From Candidatus Latescibacterota bacterium (GTDB lineage: Bacteria > Latescibacterota > UBA2968 > GCA-2709665): a DNA stretch of 64,000 nt. Below are positions 38,342-47,254 of this stretch, in pieces. Location: contig OZ241917.1 in assembly GCA_965203805.1 (NCBI GenBank), positions 1,824,001 to 1,888,000 of the forward strand, read 5' to 3'. The translations under genes and the position numbers were made by a program. A model generated the notes under the pieces. It saw only the letters and a list, made by a program, of their open reading frames with translations. It ran no database searches and was not told the origin of the DNA. Position 1 is the stretch's first letter; the number at the start of each line of letters is the position of its first letter.

Positions 38342-39372
38342 GGTCCTACCCCCTGTTTCGCGACCAACCGGCCGTCGGCCCCAAGGACATTCCGGAACGC
38401 CCGTGTATTTCCCCCGGCCCGCACCACGTTTTCGGGCATGGGGCTGAGACACCGGTTGTGGTGAATGCGGGCATCCTGGCAGGGCGCGCCCCGGATCACC
38501 ACGCTGCGCACGTCCTGTGCGATAAACGTGTTGTGGTGGATGTCCATCCAGTCGCCGGAGATCTCGGTCGCATCTCCCCTGTCCTGTCCGCCGTGCATGT
38601 CGAAGAGGTGACCGTTGGCGTGTTCCAGGCAGATATTGTAACGCGCTTCATAGCCCGAGCCCGGTGATCCGCTGGATGCAATATGGTGCCTGCACCAGTC
38701 GAACAGATTCGCTTCAACCAGCACCGTGGCGCCGTTGATGCTGACGCCGTACCCCAGGCCGCCCTTCTGATTGTGGTGGATGAAGTTGTGGTGCACGTAT
38801 CCCCTGGTGGCGCCTTCGTCGAACCGGGTCGCCGCCACACTGAATCCCCAGATGGCACAGTTGTCGATCTCCAGCGCGAAATGGGACGTCATGATGCCGT
38901 AAGAAGAATGCGCGGCCCGTTCGCGGTGAGGGTAAGGGCCCCGGATACGCAATCCGGTTACCCGGGCGTGGTCTCCCGCCGTCCGGAACAGAAACGGCGT
39001 GTCCAGTACGTTGGAGAAGATCAGCCCGCCCGCGGACCCGCAGGCGCCGCGGTCTCCGGCCAGTGTCACAGCTTCCGGAATCGTCAGACCGGGCCGTCCG
39101 CCCATATCGATCTCGGCATCACGAGGAACGAAAACCACGTCGCCCCCGGCGGCTTCGTCCAGCGCCCGCGCCAATTCTCCGTAGCCGCAAACGGAACGTA
39201 CGCCGCCTGTAAACCCGTCCCCGTACCCTTCACCCCCGCCGATCGGATTTCCCGTGGGGTTGTGTTCGGCGCCGAACGCTTCCGTGCCGCCCTCAAGGTC
39301 CGCCTCGCCCGACCAGCGCGCCGTACGTGCCGTGCGGATCCCGCCACCCGATGCCCGTTCAATCGAAATCAA
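38338..39372 (-). CDS. Right-handed beta-helix repeat protein
   Basis: EL..AL..A..GDVV, IHHN...GLGYGV, NLFD.CRH.I and FDMHG; GGAGG upstream of TTG 39372 (start uncertain). Confidence 0.75.
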   Translation of the reverse strand: MISIERASGGGIRTARTARWSGEADLEGGTEAFGAEHNPTGNPIGGGEGYGDGFTGGVRSVCGYGELARALDEAAGGDVVFVPRDAEIDMGGRPGLTIPEAVTLAGDRGACGSAGGLIFSNVLDTPFLFRTAGDHARVTGLRIRGPYPHRERAAHSSYGIMTSHFALEIDNCAIWGFSVAATRFDEGATRGYVHHNFIHHNQKGGLGYGVSINGATVLVEANLFDWCRHHIASSGSPGSGYEARYNICLEHANGHLFDMHGGQDRGDATEISGDWMDIHHNTFIAQDVRSVVIRGAPCQDARIHHNRCLSPMPENVVRAGGNTRAFRNVLGADGRLVAKQGVGP

Positions 39373-39407
39373 GTGATTACCTCCGACGTTCAAGGCCTTC
39401 CGTTCAA

Positions 39408-40589
39408 TCAGTCCGCCACACCGCAGTAGTTCATCGCCGTGAGCGCGTATACCTTCGCGGCCGCCCCGATTCGCGCCACCGACACCCATTCGTCGTCGGA
39501 ATGGGCCGTCTCGTTCGACGGCCCATAGTAGAACGTGGGTACCCCCGTCTCGTTCATATAGATGTTGGCGTCGCCGACCAGCCGTCGTCCCACGTAACTG
39601 ACGTCCTTGCCTGCCACTTCCCGGTGGGCCGCGGCAGCCGCCCGAACCGCCGGATCGTCCCGCCGTGTCTCGAACGGCTCCCGCTCCAGCGCCATGTCGA
39701 TGGAAAGCCCCATGTTCCCGGCCCTCGCAAATGGCTCAGCCATAGATTCCAGTTCGATCAGCACCGAAGACTTGGTCCTGCCCGGCAGCCACCGCCGCGT
39801 CCCTGTAAGCACGCACCGGCCCGGCGTCCGGTTGAAGTAGTCGCCGGCCCGAACGATGCCCAGATCGATCCGCTCCGGTCCGGCCAGCGGATGCACGTCA
39901 CCTGCATCCAGTTCCCGCTGCCTCTCGGTTATTCTCCGGATCAGGTCTCCCACGTGGCGAACGGGGTTTTCAGCGAACGGCACGTAATTCGTATGGGTGC
40001 CGCCCCGTGGCGACGTCAGCGTGATCGTGAACACCATCGACCCCATGCTCATCACCCAGAGTTCGTCGCCGCCCTCCACGATGAGAATACGGTCGCATTT
40101 CAGCCGTCCCCTGTTCACATCCGCCACGAGCGCCAGCGGGCCGTCTTTCTCGGCTTCAGGTTCCTCGTGGCCGACCACACCGGTGACCAGCAGATCGCCC
40201 TTGAGACGCACCCCCGAATCCTGAAACGCCTTCGCCGCACCCAGCATCGCGGCCACGCCACCCTTCATGTCTGTCGTGCCACGTCCGAAGATCCGGTCGC
40301 CCTCCCGCCGCACGGGGGTGCAGTCGCCGGTGGGAATCGTATCCAGGTGCCCATTCAGCAGCAACGCGGGGCCGTCGTTGGCGCCCCCGATTCCGGCGTA
40401 CAGATTTCTCCGTCCAGGCGTCACCTCGTGCGCGTCCACGTTCAGTCCCAGATCGGTCAGTTGCGCCTCGAAACACGCACAAACGTCGGCTTCCTCGCCG
40501 GTGACGCTGGGAATCTCGACAAGCCTGAGCGCCTGTTCGGCCATCCACTCCACATCGATCGCATTCAGAACCGCCTCTCGCGCGCCCAT
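39408..40589 (-). CDS. M20/ArgE-DapE family metallo-deacylase
   Basis: NGHLDT, GRG..DMKGG, HEE and AH..DE.V. Confidence 0.92.
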   Translation of the reverse strand: MGAREAVLNAIDVEWMAEQALRLVEIPSVTGEEADVCACFEAQLTDLGLNVDAHEVTPGRRNLYAGIGGANDGPALLLNGHLDTIPTGDCTPVRREGDRIFGRGTTDMKGGVAAMLGAAKAFQDSGVRLKGDLLVTGVVGHEEPEAEKDGPLALVADVNRGRLKCDRILIVEGGDELWVMSMGSMVFTITLTSPRGGTHTNYVPFAENPVRHVGDLIRRITERQRELDAGDVHPLAGPERIDLGIVRAGDYFNRTPGRCVLTGTRRWLPGRTKSSVLIELESMAEPFARAGNMGLSIDMALEREPFETRRDDPAVRAAAAAHREVAGKDVSYVGRRLVGDANIYMNETGVPTFYYGPSNETAHSDDEWVSVARIGAAAKVYALTAMNYCGVAD

Positions 40590-40590
40590 T

Positions 40591-41322
40591 TCAGACCTCA
40601 CCGCATGCACGGACAAACGCGTCCGAGGTGGATGTATAGCCCACATTCGCTTCGATGAATCGGATCCCGAAGAGACTCGCCAATCCCTCGGCCTCGGTCT
40701 CGGGGTATTCCAGGGTACTGCAACAGTCCCGAAGCACGATGACGCGGTAATTCCGGTACATGGCCTCGGTTACCGTTGTCCCGAGGCAGATCCGCGTGTC
40801 GAACCCGACCGTCACAAGGTTGTAGATCCCCAGGCTGCGCAGCAGCGAATCCAGGTGCGTCTCGAAGAACCCGCTGTACATCTGTTTCTTTACCAGGTAA
40901 TCTCCGGCTTCCGGAGCGATCACATCCGAAAACGCAAGGATGTCATTCGGTTCCGGCCACGCCTCGAGCACGTCCACGCCGCAGGTCCGGATGGACATCC
41001 TGCGCCACTCCGTCCGTTCGTTGGTCGAGGGCGCCAGGTAATTCGTTACGTAGACGACGGGAAGCCCGAGGCGCTTCGCGGCGTCTTTGGCGGGACGGAT
41101 GTGATTCACCACAATCTCACGGTTTTTTATCACGGCGGCACGATACAGCTCCGGAACGTCTCCCGGATCGTGGTCGGGATCATAACCCTTTCCGTAGACG
41201 TCCACCAGAAAAAACGCCGTATTGTCCAGACCCAGTTCAAGTTCCTCCTCCGCGTGGCCCAGATGGCGGCCGGGCGGATGCTGCCGGTAATACCTGCCTC
41301 TCAAGCCGATCTTTTTCGACAT
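40591..41322 (-). CDS. Isochorismatase-family cysteine hydrolase
   Basis: LVDV, K..YSGF..T.LD..LR and G..T.IC (D-K-C triad intact). Confidence 0.88.
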   Translation of the reverse strand: MSKKIGLRGRYYRQHPPGRHLGHAEEELELGLDNTAFFLVDVYGKGYDPDHDPGDVPELYRAAVIKNREIVVNHIRPAKDAAKRLGLPVVYVTNYLAPSTNERTEWRRMSIRTCGVDVLEAWPEPNDILAFSDVIAPEAGDYLVKKQMYSGFFETHLDSLLRSLGIYNLVTVGFDTRICLGTTVTEAMYRNYRVIVLRDCCSTLEYPETEAEGLASLFGIRFIEANVGYTSTSDAFVRACGEV

Positions 41323-41337
41323 CGACGCCTCCAGCGA

Positions 41338-42321
41338 TCAATGGGTCTCCACCGTTACCGGCGCCTTGCGTTCCAGTGACCTGTAGGCCGCCTCGGAAAG
41401 CCGTGCGACCTGCAGGGCAAAGTCCGGGGCTTCATATCCCACTCCGCCGCTCCGGATCCAGGCGAAGAACGCCGCGTCGGGCGTGGTCTCGCGAACCCGA
41501 TCGGGAATCGTCATGGGTTCGTCGTTCACCAGCACCGCCTTTACGTTCCACTTGTAGAGGTGGAAGACGATGCATCCTTCGGCGCCATGGATGGCGATGC
41601 GCTCGTCATGCTCCCTGGCATTGCCGAACGTGCTGATCGTGCCCACGGCTCCCCCATCGAACCGCACATTCAGTACGGCGTTGACGTCCACGTCCAACTT
41701 GCCGCAATCCATAAATGCCGAGACTTCCAACGGCGCCAGCCCGGTAATCCACAACGTGGACGCAACCAGGTGGCTGCCCGTATCCATAAACATGCCGCCG
41801 CCGGAGAGCTCGGGATCCAGGCGCCAACCCTTCACGCCCCCCCAATTCTGTGTCACGTAGGAAACCACCCCGCGCAATTCCCCGATATGTCCATCGCGCA
41901 CCAGTTCCCGTGCGAACACGTGCGGGGCGAAGTAGTTCCGCTGGTAGCTCACCTGCAGAAACCGCTCTTTCTCCGCCGCCAGGTCGATCAGCGCCCGCGT
42001 ATGCGCCGAAGAGACCGTCAGCGGCTTCTCCACCAGCACGTGCAATCCCGATTCGAGCCCGAGCCGCGCCTGTTCGAAGTGCATCGAATGCGGCGAACTG
42101 ATGAAAATCGCATCGAGCGCTTCCTCCTGAATCATGCGGCGATAGTCCTCGTAACAGGCGACCTCGCGTCCGTATCGATCCATCAACAGCGCAGCCTGCT
42201 CCGATACCGGATCCGCCACGCAAACCAGCGTTACATCCTGCTCAGCCTGAATCCGCGGCACGTGAGCGCCGCGCATATTGCCGCCGCAGCCGATCAGGCC
42301 CAGACGAATCGCTTCAGCCAT
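41338..42321 (-). CDS. Gfo/Idh/MocA family oxidoreductase
   Basis: IGCGG, HVLVEKP and GGG...DTGSH. Confidence 0.93.
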   Translation of the reverse strand: MAEAIRLGLIGCGGNMRGAHVPRIQAEQDVTLVCVADPVSEQAALLMDRYGREVACYEDYRRMIQEEALDAIFISSPHSMHFEQARLGLESGLHVLVEKPLTVSSAHTRALIDLAAEKERFLQVSYQRNYFAPHVFARELVRDGHIGELRGVVSYVTQNWGGVKGWRLDPELSGGGMFMDTGSHLVASTLWITGLAPLEVSAFMDCGKLDVDVNAVLNVRFDGGAVGTISTFGNAREHDERIAIHGAEGCIVFHLYKWNVKAVLVNDEPMTIPDRVRETTPDAAFFAWIRSGGVGYEAPDFALQVARLSEAAYRSLERKAPVTVETH

Positions 42322-42337
42322 TTCTCCCTCCATCGCT

Positions 42338-43183
42338 TCAATTGTTGTCGCCGTCCGATACCCTCAGACAAGATCTGACATACTCCAGATTCCTCAGGCT
42401 GTTTGCCGCCAGCCCGGCAAACTCCGGATCGGCCACCTCGAACGCATCAGGACTGATGTCCAGGTGTGTTTCCACCACAACAAAGCCCTCGTACCCGTCG
42501 GCGCAAAGGGCATCCAGCTGTCCCGGCCAGTTTACGACGCCCTCCTCCGCCAGACACCATGCGCCCGTGCCCGGATCGAAATTCTTCACGTGCACGTGAG
42601 TTACCAGTCCTTTCAGGTCCAAATATTCGTCAGGGTAGGGTGAGCCAGTACCCGCCCGGGCCGAATTTCCGGGATCCCAGCAGAGCGAAATGCGGTCCTC
42701 GCCCACCTGTCGTATAAGCGAAGCCGCCTCGGCGCCGGTTGCCCCCCAGCAGACCGCCTCGTTCTCCAGCGCCAGGCGACATCCCTCCCTTTCCGCAGTG
42801 TCCGCCATCTGTCCCAGCCGATCCACAACCGCCGCCGGATGTCGCGCCGCCGCCGTCCGCTCGAATGCGAAGCAGGACACCCGATCGGTACCCAGTCGAC
42901 GCGCCCATTCGCACGCCCTGGGCAGCGAGTTGTCCAGCTGTTCGTCGACGCCGGGGTCGTCCAGCGCTCCTTTGAAAAACCCCGGGGAAACCCCGGAAAC
43001 GCCCAGACCGGCATCGCTGATCAGCGCATGAAAGCCGGTCAGTTCCCTGTCGCTCACAGCTGGAAACCGCCCACCCGCCAGCTGCCGCACCTCCACGTGC
43101 GTGACTCCCCAATCCGCGGCGAGGGATATCGCCCGTTCCGGGTCGTTACGATCGATTTCATCGGCAAAAACCGAGATTTGCAT
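42338..43183 (-). CDS. Sugar phosphate isomerase/epimerase (xylose-isomerase-like TIM barrel)
   Basis: FADEI, LENE, WDPGN, HVHVK and ETH metal ligands. Confidence 0.88.
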   Translation of the reverse strand: MQISVFADEIDRNDPERAISLAADWGVTHVEVRQLAGGRFPAVSDRELTGFHALISDAGLGVSGVSPGFFKGALDDPGVDEQLDNSLPRACEWARRLGTDRVSCFAFERTAAARHPAAVVDRLGQMADTAEREGCRLALENEAVCWGATGAEAASLIRQVGEDRISLCWDPGNSARAGTGSPYPDEYLDLKGLVTHVHVKNFDPGTGAWCLAEEGVVNWPGQLDALCADGYEGFVVVETHLDISPDAFEVADPEFAGLAANSLRNLEYVRSCLRVSDGDNN

Positions 43184-43230
43184 TCTATTCTCCTCGCCGC
43201 GCCGGTCTTGTAAGACGCGCATCCCGATAC

Positions 43231-44013
43231 TCAGGAGTTCATGGCACGCAACCCCTCAATCAAATCCGCCGAAGTGATCGAGTACTTTCCGAACATTTCC
43301 AGAAACAGGATCGCGCCGCGAGTCTGCCACAACCCGTCCTGCGTTTCGAACGACTCCATGCCCGTCCCGCAATCCCGCAGGATGATGACCTCGTACCCGC
43401 GTTTGCTCATTTCGACCGTGCCGTAGTCCCTCAACAGGATACACGCGTTGGTATTGAACCCCAGAAAGAACAGGAACAGGATCCCCTCGCGCCTGCAATA
43501 CCGGTGCAACTCCTCCCCGTTGTAGATGACAGCCTCGCCGTCTTCCACGTCCACCAGCGGATGCATCCGCCGCCTGGAACGCATTTCGACAATTTCCGGC
43601 TCTCTCGGCTCCTCGGGTCTGGCATAGGCGGCAAAAGCGCCGGTCTTGGACCTGAACTCGCGGGGCGGCCACGTTTCACCCGAACCGGTCGACTCTGAGG
43701 GATCGTCGATCAACTTCACCCAGGCCGGATGATGTTCGGCCAGTCCCGGCGCAGGCGCGTGGATCAGCTGCATTCCGGCGCTGCGGCAGGCCTCGAGCAG
43801 CGGTACGATGCGCGCCGCAATGATCGCGTCCGCCCGATCCGCCGGCTCCTTCAAGTAATGCTCCTCCCACACGTCCACCAGCACCAGCGCGGACTGAGCA
43901 AGCGGCACGCGCCAGTCCAGATGGTCGTAGTCCGTGTTCTTTTCCTCCCAGGGCTCGCCGGGGTCCACGTGCCACCGGTAATACCGGGGCCTGATATGCA
44001 GTTCCTTTTCCAT
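43231..44013 (-). CDS. Isochorismatase-like protein (divergent)
   Basis: ALVLVDVW, IHAP, GFNTNAC and LRDC. Confidence 0.8.
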   Translation of the reverse strand: MEKELHIRPRYYRWHVDPGEPWEEKNTDYDHLDWRVPLAQSALVLVDVWEEHYLKEPADRADAIIAARIVPLLEACRSAGMQLIHAPAPGLAEHHPAWVKLIDDPSESTGSGETWPPREFRSKTGAFAAYARPEEPREPEIVEMRSRRRMHPLVDVEDGEAVIYNGEELHRYCRREGILFLFFLGFNTNACILLRDYGTVEMSKRGYEVIILRDCGTGMESFETQDGLWQTRGAILFLEMFGKYSITSADLIEGLRAMNS

Positions 44014-44094
44014 AATTGCTCCTCGGTGAAAGGGCGCCGGAGAACACAGCATCTCTCGTCTTCCTTACCAGTCGCCTGAGGTTTTCTCCTGAAG

Positions 44095-44898
44095 TTACAT
44101 GTCCGCCGTCAGCGTCAGGGTGTCTTTGCCTTCCAGACCGGCAACCACCGGAAACGTCATTCGGTGAGGACCCTTCTTGCCCGGCACATACCGCACCGAC
44201 GGTGGAAAGTAGGCATACAGCGCGGTGTGGCGCGGAAACGGCGACGGATTCGGACCGGACCCGTGTACCGTCAACGAGTGAAACAACACGGCATCGCCCG
44301 CCCCCAGCGGAACGTCGGTTTTTTCGGACAGATCCACGTCATCCCGATCCGTTAGCGCCTCATTCTGGCGGCGGGCGATTCGTCCCCATGACTGCAGCCC
44401 CCATCTGTGGCTTCGGGGCAGCACCTGGATGCACCCGTTTTCGGAACTGGCATCGGTCAGCGCAACGCTGACTGTGACCAGTGCCGGGGGATTCATCGGC
44501 CAGTACGCGGAATCCTGGTGCAACCCATGCGACGACCCATGAAACGCCGGCTTCAGCATCAGCGTACTGCGGAACAGGAGCAGGTCGGGACCCAAAAGAG
44601 ATCCGACGAGGCGAATGAGCCGCGGATGTGCGGCCAGATTTCTGAAGACCTCCGAAAAGTCCCGCGTTTGCTCGATCTTTCGCAGGACCGGCAAGCCCTT
44701 CCGCGCGGCCGTATCCGCGTAGGGCTCAAGTTGAAAGTGACGCGCTCCGGGATCGCCCCGGTCCTGCAGATCGACCGCCACTCGATGAAGGCGCTCGATC
44801 TCCCGCTCACACGAGGCCACCTCTTCGGCGGAAAGCAACGCCCTCGCCACGAGATAGCCGTCTTCTTCGAATCGGATCTTCTGTACATCCGGATCCAT
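44095..44898 (-). CDS. Phytanoyl-CoA dioxygenase (PhyH) family Fe(II)/2OG enzyme
   Basis: F.EDGY, KP, HQD..YW, NGC...P.SH and FH..T.HGS..N...R. Confidence 0.93.
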   Translation of the reverse strand: MDPDVQKIRFEEDGYLVARALLSAEEVASCEREIERLHRVAVDLQDRGDPGARHFQLEPYADTAARKGLPVLRKIEQTRDFSEVFRNLAAHPRLIRLVGSLLGPDLLLFRSTLMLKPAFHGSSHGLHQDSAYWPMNPPALVTVSVALTDASSENGCIQVLPRSHRWGLQSWGRIARRQNEALTDRDDVDLSEKTDVPLGAGDAVLFHSLTVHGSGPNPSPFPRHTALYAYFPPSVRYVPGKKGPHRMTFPVVAGLEGKDTLTLTADM

Positions 44899-44939
44899 CT
44901 TTACCCCGCGCAATTGGGGTTGTGGACTGCGTTAGCAAA

Positions 44940-44968
44940 ACCGTACAAAACGAAACCGCCTCTGTCAA
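44940..44968 (-). promoter_or_regulatory. Putative sigma70 promoter of the PhyH-led operon
   Basis: TTGACA-17 nt-TACGGT; the -35 lies inside an accgcctc/gaggcggt inverted repeat. Confidence 0.45.
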
Positions 44969-45012
44969 ACACAAAACCATGAGGCGGTCGGAACGATGTG
45001 GTTGCAGAACCC

Positions 45013-47199
45013 TTACCCCGGATTCAGAACAAGCCAGGACCTCAATGCCGGCGCCTGCGGGTGGTTCGGCGCCATATCCAGGACTTTTCTGAAGTTGATA
45101 CGGGTTTTCTGCGCGTCCCCTAACGTGTGATAGACAACGCCCAGGTTGTAATATCCCTCCGCGTAGCCGGGATCCAGAGCCACGGCTTGCTCATAGGCGG
45201 ATATCGCCCGTTGATAGTCCCCCATCCCGTGGTACGCGTTTCCGAGATTCGAGTGCGCCCTGGAATAATCCGGTTTCAGCGCAATCGCCTTGCGGTAGGC
45301 CCTGGCGGCCGCAGCGAACTGTCCCGTTCTGTAGCGCAGATCGCCAAGATTGTAATATGCCTTCACAAACTGCGGTCTCAATCCAATCGCCTTCTCGAAA
45401 TATCCCGCCGCTTTGTCATATTCCCTCAGGCCGTACCAGGCGTTGCCTGCCTGGAAGTGGGCTTCCGCGAAGTCCGGCTTCCGTGCAATCGCGCTCTCGA
45501 AGCTGGCGACTGCCCGTTCGTAGTTCTCGGTATCGAAGTACAGGTTGCCCAGGTTAAAATATGCTTCCACGAAGTCGGGCTTCAGCGCAATCACCTTTTC
45601 AAAATAGGCCTCGGCACGATCGTACCGCTTCATGTCATAGTACAAATTGCCAAGATTGTAATAGCTCCCGGCAAACTCCGGTTCGACTTCAACAACCTTC
45701 TCGTACGCCCGGATCGCCTGTGCGTTCCTGCCGCGGTCCCTGTGATAGACCGCGAGCGTTTCCCAGCCGTGCGACCTGGCGTGCGCCGACAGGAATTCTC
45801 CATTCAGTTGTCCGGAAAAGCGCGCCTCCGCGGAAGAGACGTCCGCGTTCGTGCCAATCCAGAACAGCGTGTGCAAAGCCGCGGCCGAATAAATCAGCGC
45901 GGCGGTGTTGGGCGAAACGAGCCGATTTCGAATGTTTCGGACAGCAGTCATCGCCGCCCAGAGCGTAAGGGGCAAAGCGGAAAAGGCGAATACATCCCAA
46001 TCCCGGAAAGCGCCGAGCTCAGGGTTGGCGACAACCGTAAAAAGTACCGGAAACAGCGCGGCAACCAGAACGAACTGCCGATTGGAACCGTGCGGCCAAC
46101 CCCTGATCCGGCACAGAAGCAGGACCATAAGAAAAGACGGCGCAACGAGGACGTATTGATTTACGAAATCAATCAGCTTACCGATTGAGAACATCGTGTA
46201 GTGCTGCTTGGGACCGGGTTCCGCAAACAGGTTCAGAATATAAAACCCCTGTCGTTTCTGCAGATACGCGATCAGGTCAAATTGGATCAACAGAAGCACG
46301 GCAAAGAAGACGATTCCGCTTGACAGAATAGCGAGCGCCGCATTCACCGCCGACCGGCCGCGCGTTGCGGAGCCGGAGGTCCCGTCCGCCCGGACTTTGA
46401 GTATTGCCAGCGCCAGAAGGGAGGGCGCGAGCGTCATCATTGTAATATGGAGCGCCATCAGCACGCCAAGCAACGCCGCGGGCGCCCACAACGCCGCCCG
46501 GTCTTCGATCGTCCGGATCCCCAGGAGCAGGTAAAGCAGCATAAACGGGAACAGAAACGCGTAATTCTCGACGTACCCGAAAAAAAGCTGCATGTACCCG
46601 GCTCCGAGCAGAAAAGCCACCGTCAGAATTCGCTCAAGGGCGTCCTTTCCCAGGAGCCGCGCGGCATAACCCACAGCCACCAGATACAGGACTCCGGACA
46701 CGCAGCTGAATACCCGATACGTGGTCTCGGCGGATTCCCAGATCGGCGCGCCCGCCCGATGGAGTCCACGGATGATCCAGAACGTCAGCGGCGCGCGGTC
46801 CGTTCTCGGGATATCCGACCAGAAATCATCCAATTCGCGCATCAGCATGATCCCGTCGCCGAGTAAATGCACCGCGGAACGCATGCCCCAGAATACCAGA
46901 AGACCAACAAACAAAAGGAGGCCCCAGGACACCGCGGCTCGCCGGAATCCGGTACCCTGGCTGGATAACCGGGCGAACGCCGACGTCCACCGCCCCAGTC
47001 GGTTCCGGGCGGCCAGGAAAAGCAACGCCGCGCTCAACAGAACGAAAATCGTCCGGGGCCCGACACCCTGGAACCGCAGAAAATCCGCACCCCAGACCGG
47101 CACGGGCTGCCAGTAAGAGAACAGCACATGCAGGCCCAGAAAGAGCCCCACCACAACGATGGGCCTACCGGATTCCGTTCGGCCTTCTTTGCGTCGCAT
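45013..47199 (-). CDS. Polytopic membrane protein (GT-C-like) with C-terminal TPR array
   Basis: About 12 hydrophobic helices, LLGDG loop, FFGYVENY and RDWD; about 7 A..NLG..Y TPRs. Confidence 0.8.
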   Translation of the reverse strand: MRRKEGRTESGRPIVVVGLFLGLHVLFSYWQPVPVWGADFLRFQGVGPRTIFVLLSAALLFLAARNRLGRWTSAFARLSSQGTGFRRAAVSWGLLLFVGLLVFWGMRSAVHLLGDGIMLMRELDDFWSDIPRTDRAPLTFWIIRGLHRAGAPIWESAETTYRVFSCVSGVLYLVAVGYAARLLGKDALERILTVAFLLGAGYMQLFFGYVENYAFLFPFMLLYLLLGIRTIEDRAALWAPAALLGVLMALHITMMTLAPSLLALAILKVRADGTSGSATRGRSAVNAALAILSSGIVFFAVLLLIQFDLIAYLQKRQGFYILNLFAEPGPKQHYTMFSIGKLIDFVNQYVLVAPSFLMVLLLCRIRGWPHGSNRQFVLVAALFPVLFTVVANPELGAFRDWDVFAFSALPLTLWAAMTAVRNIRNRLVSPNTAALIYSAAALHTLFWIGTNADVSSAEARFSGQLNGEFLSAHARSHGWETLAVYHRDRGRNAQAIRAYEKVVEVEPEFAGSYYNLGNLYYDMKRYDRAEAYFEKVIALKPDFVEAYFNLGNLYFDTENYERAVASFESAIARKPDFAEAHFQAGNAWYGLREYDKAAGYFEKAIGLRPQFVKAYYNLGDLRYRTGQFAAAARAYRKAIALKPDYSRAHSNLGNAYHGMGDYQRAISAYEQAVALDPGYAEGYYNLGVVYHTLGDAQKTRINFRKVLDMAPNHPQAPALRSWLVLNPG

Positions 47200-47254
47200 A
47201 TCCGTCCATTCTCAAGTCTAAAGCCAAATCGCAAGCGTTGGCGATCTGCGCCGG

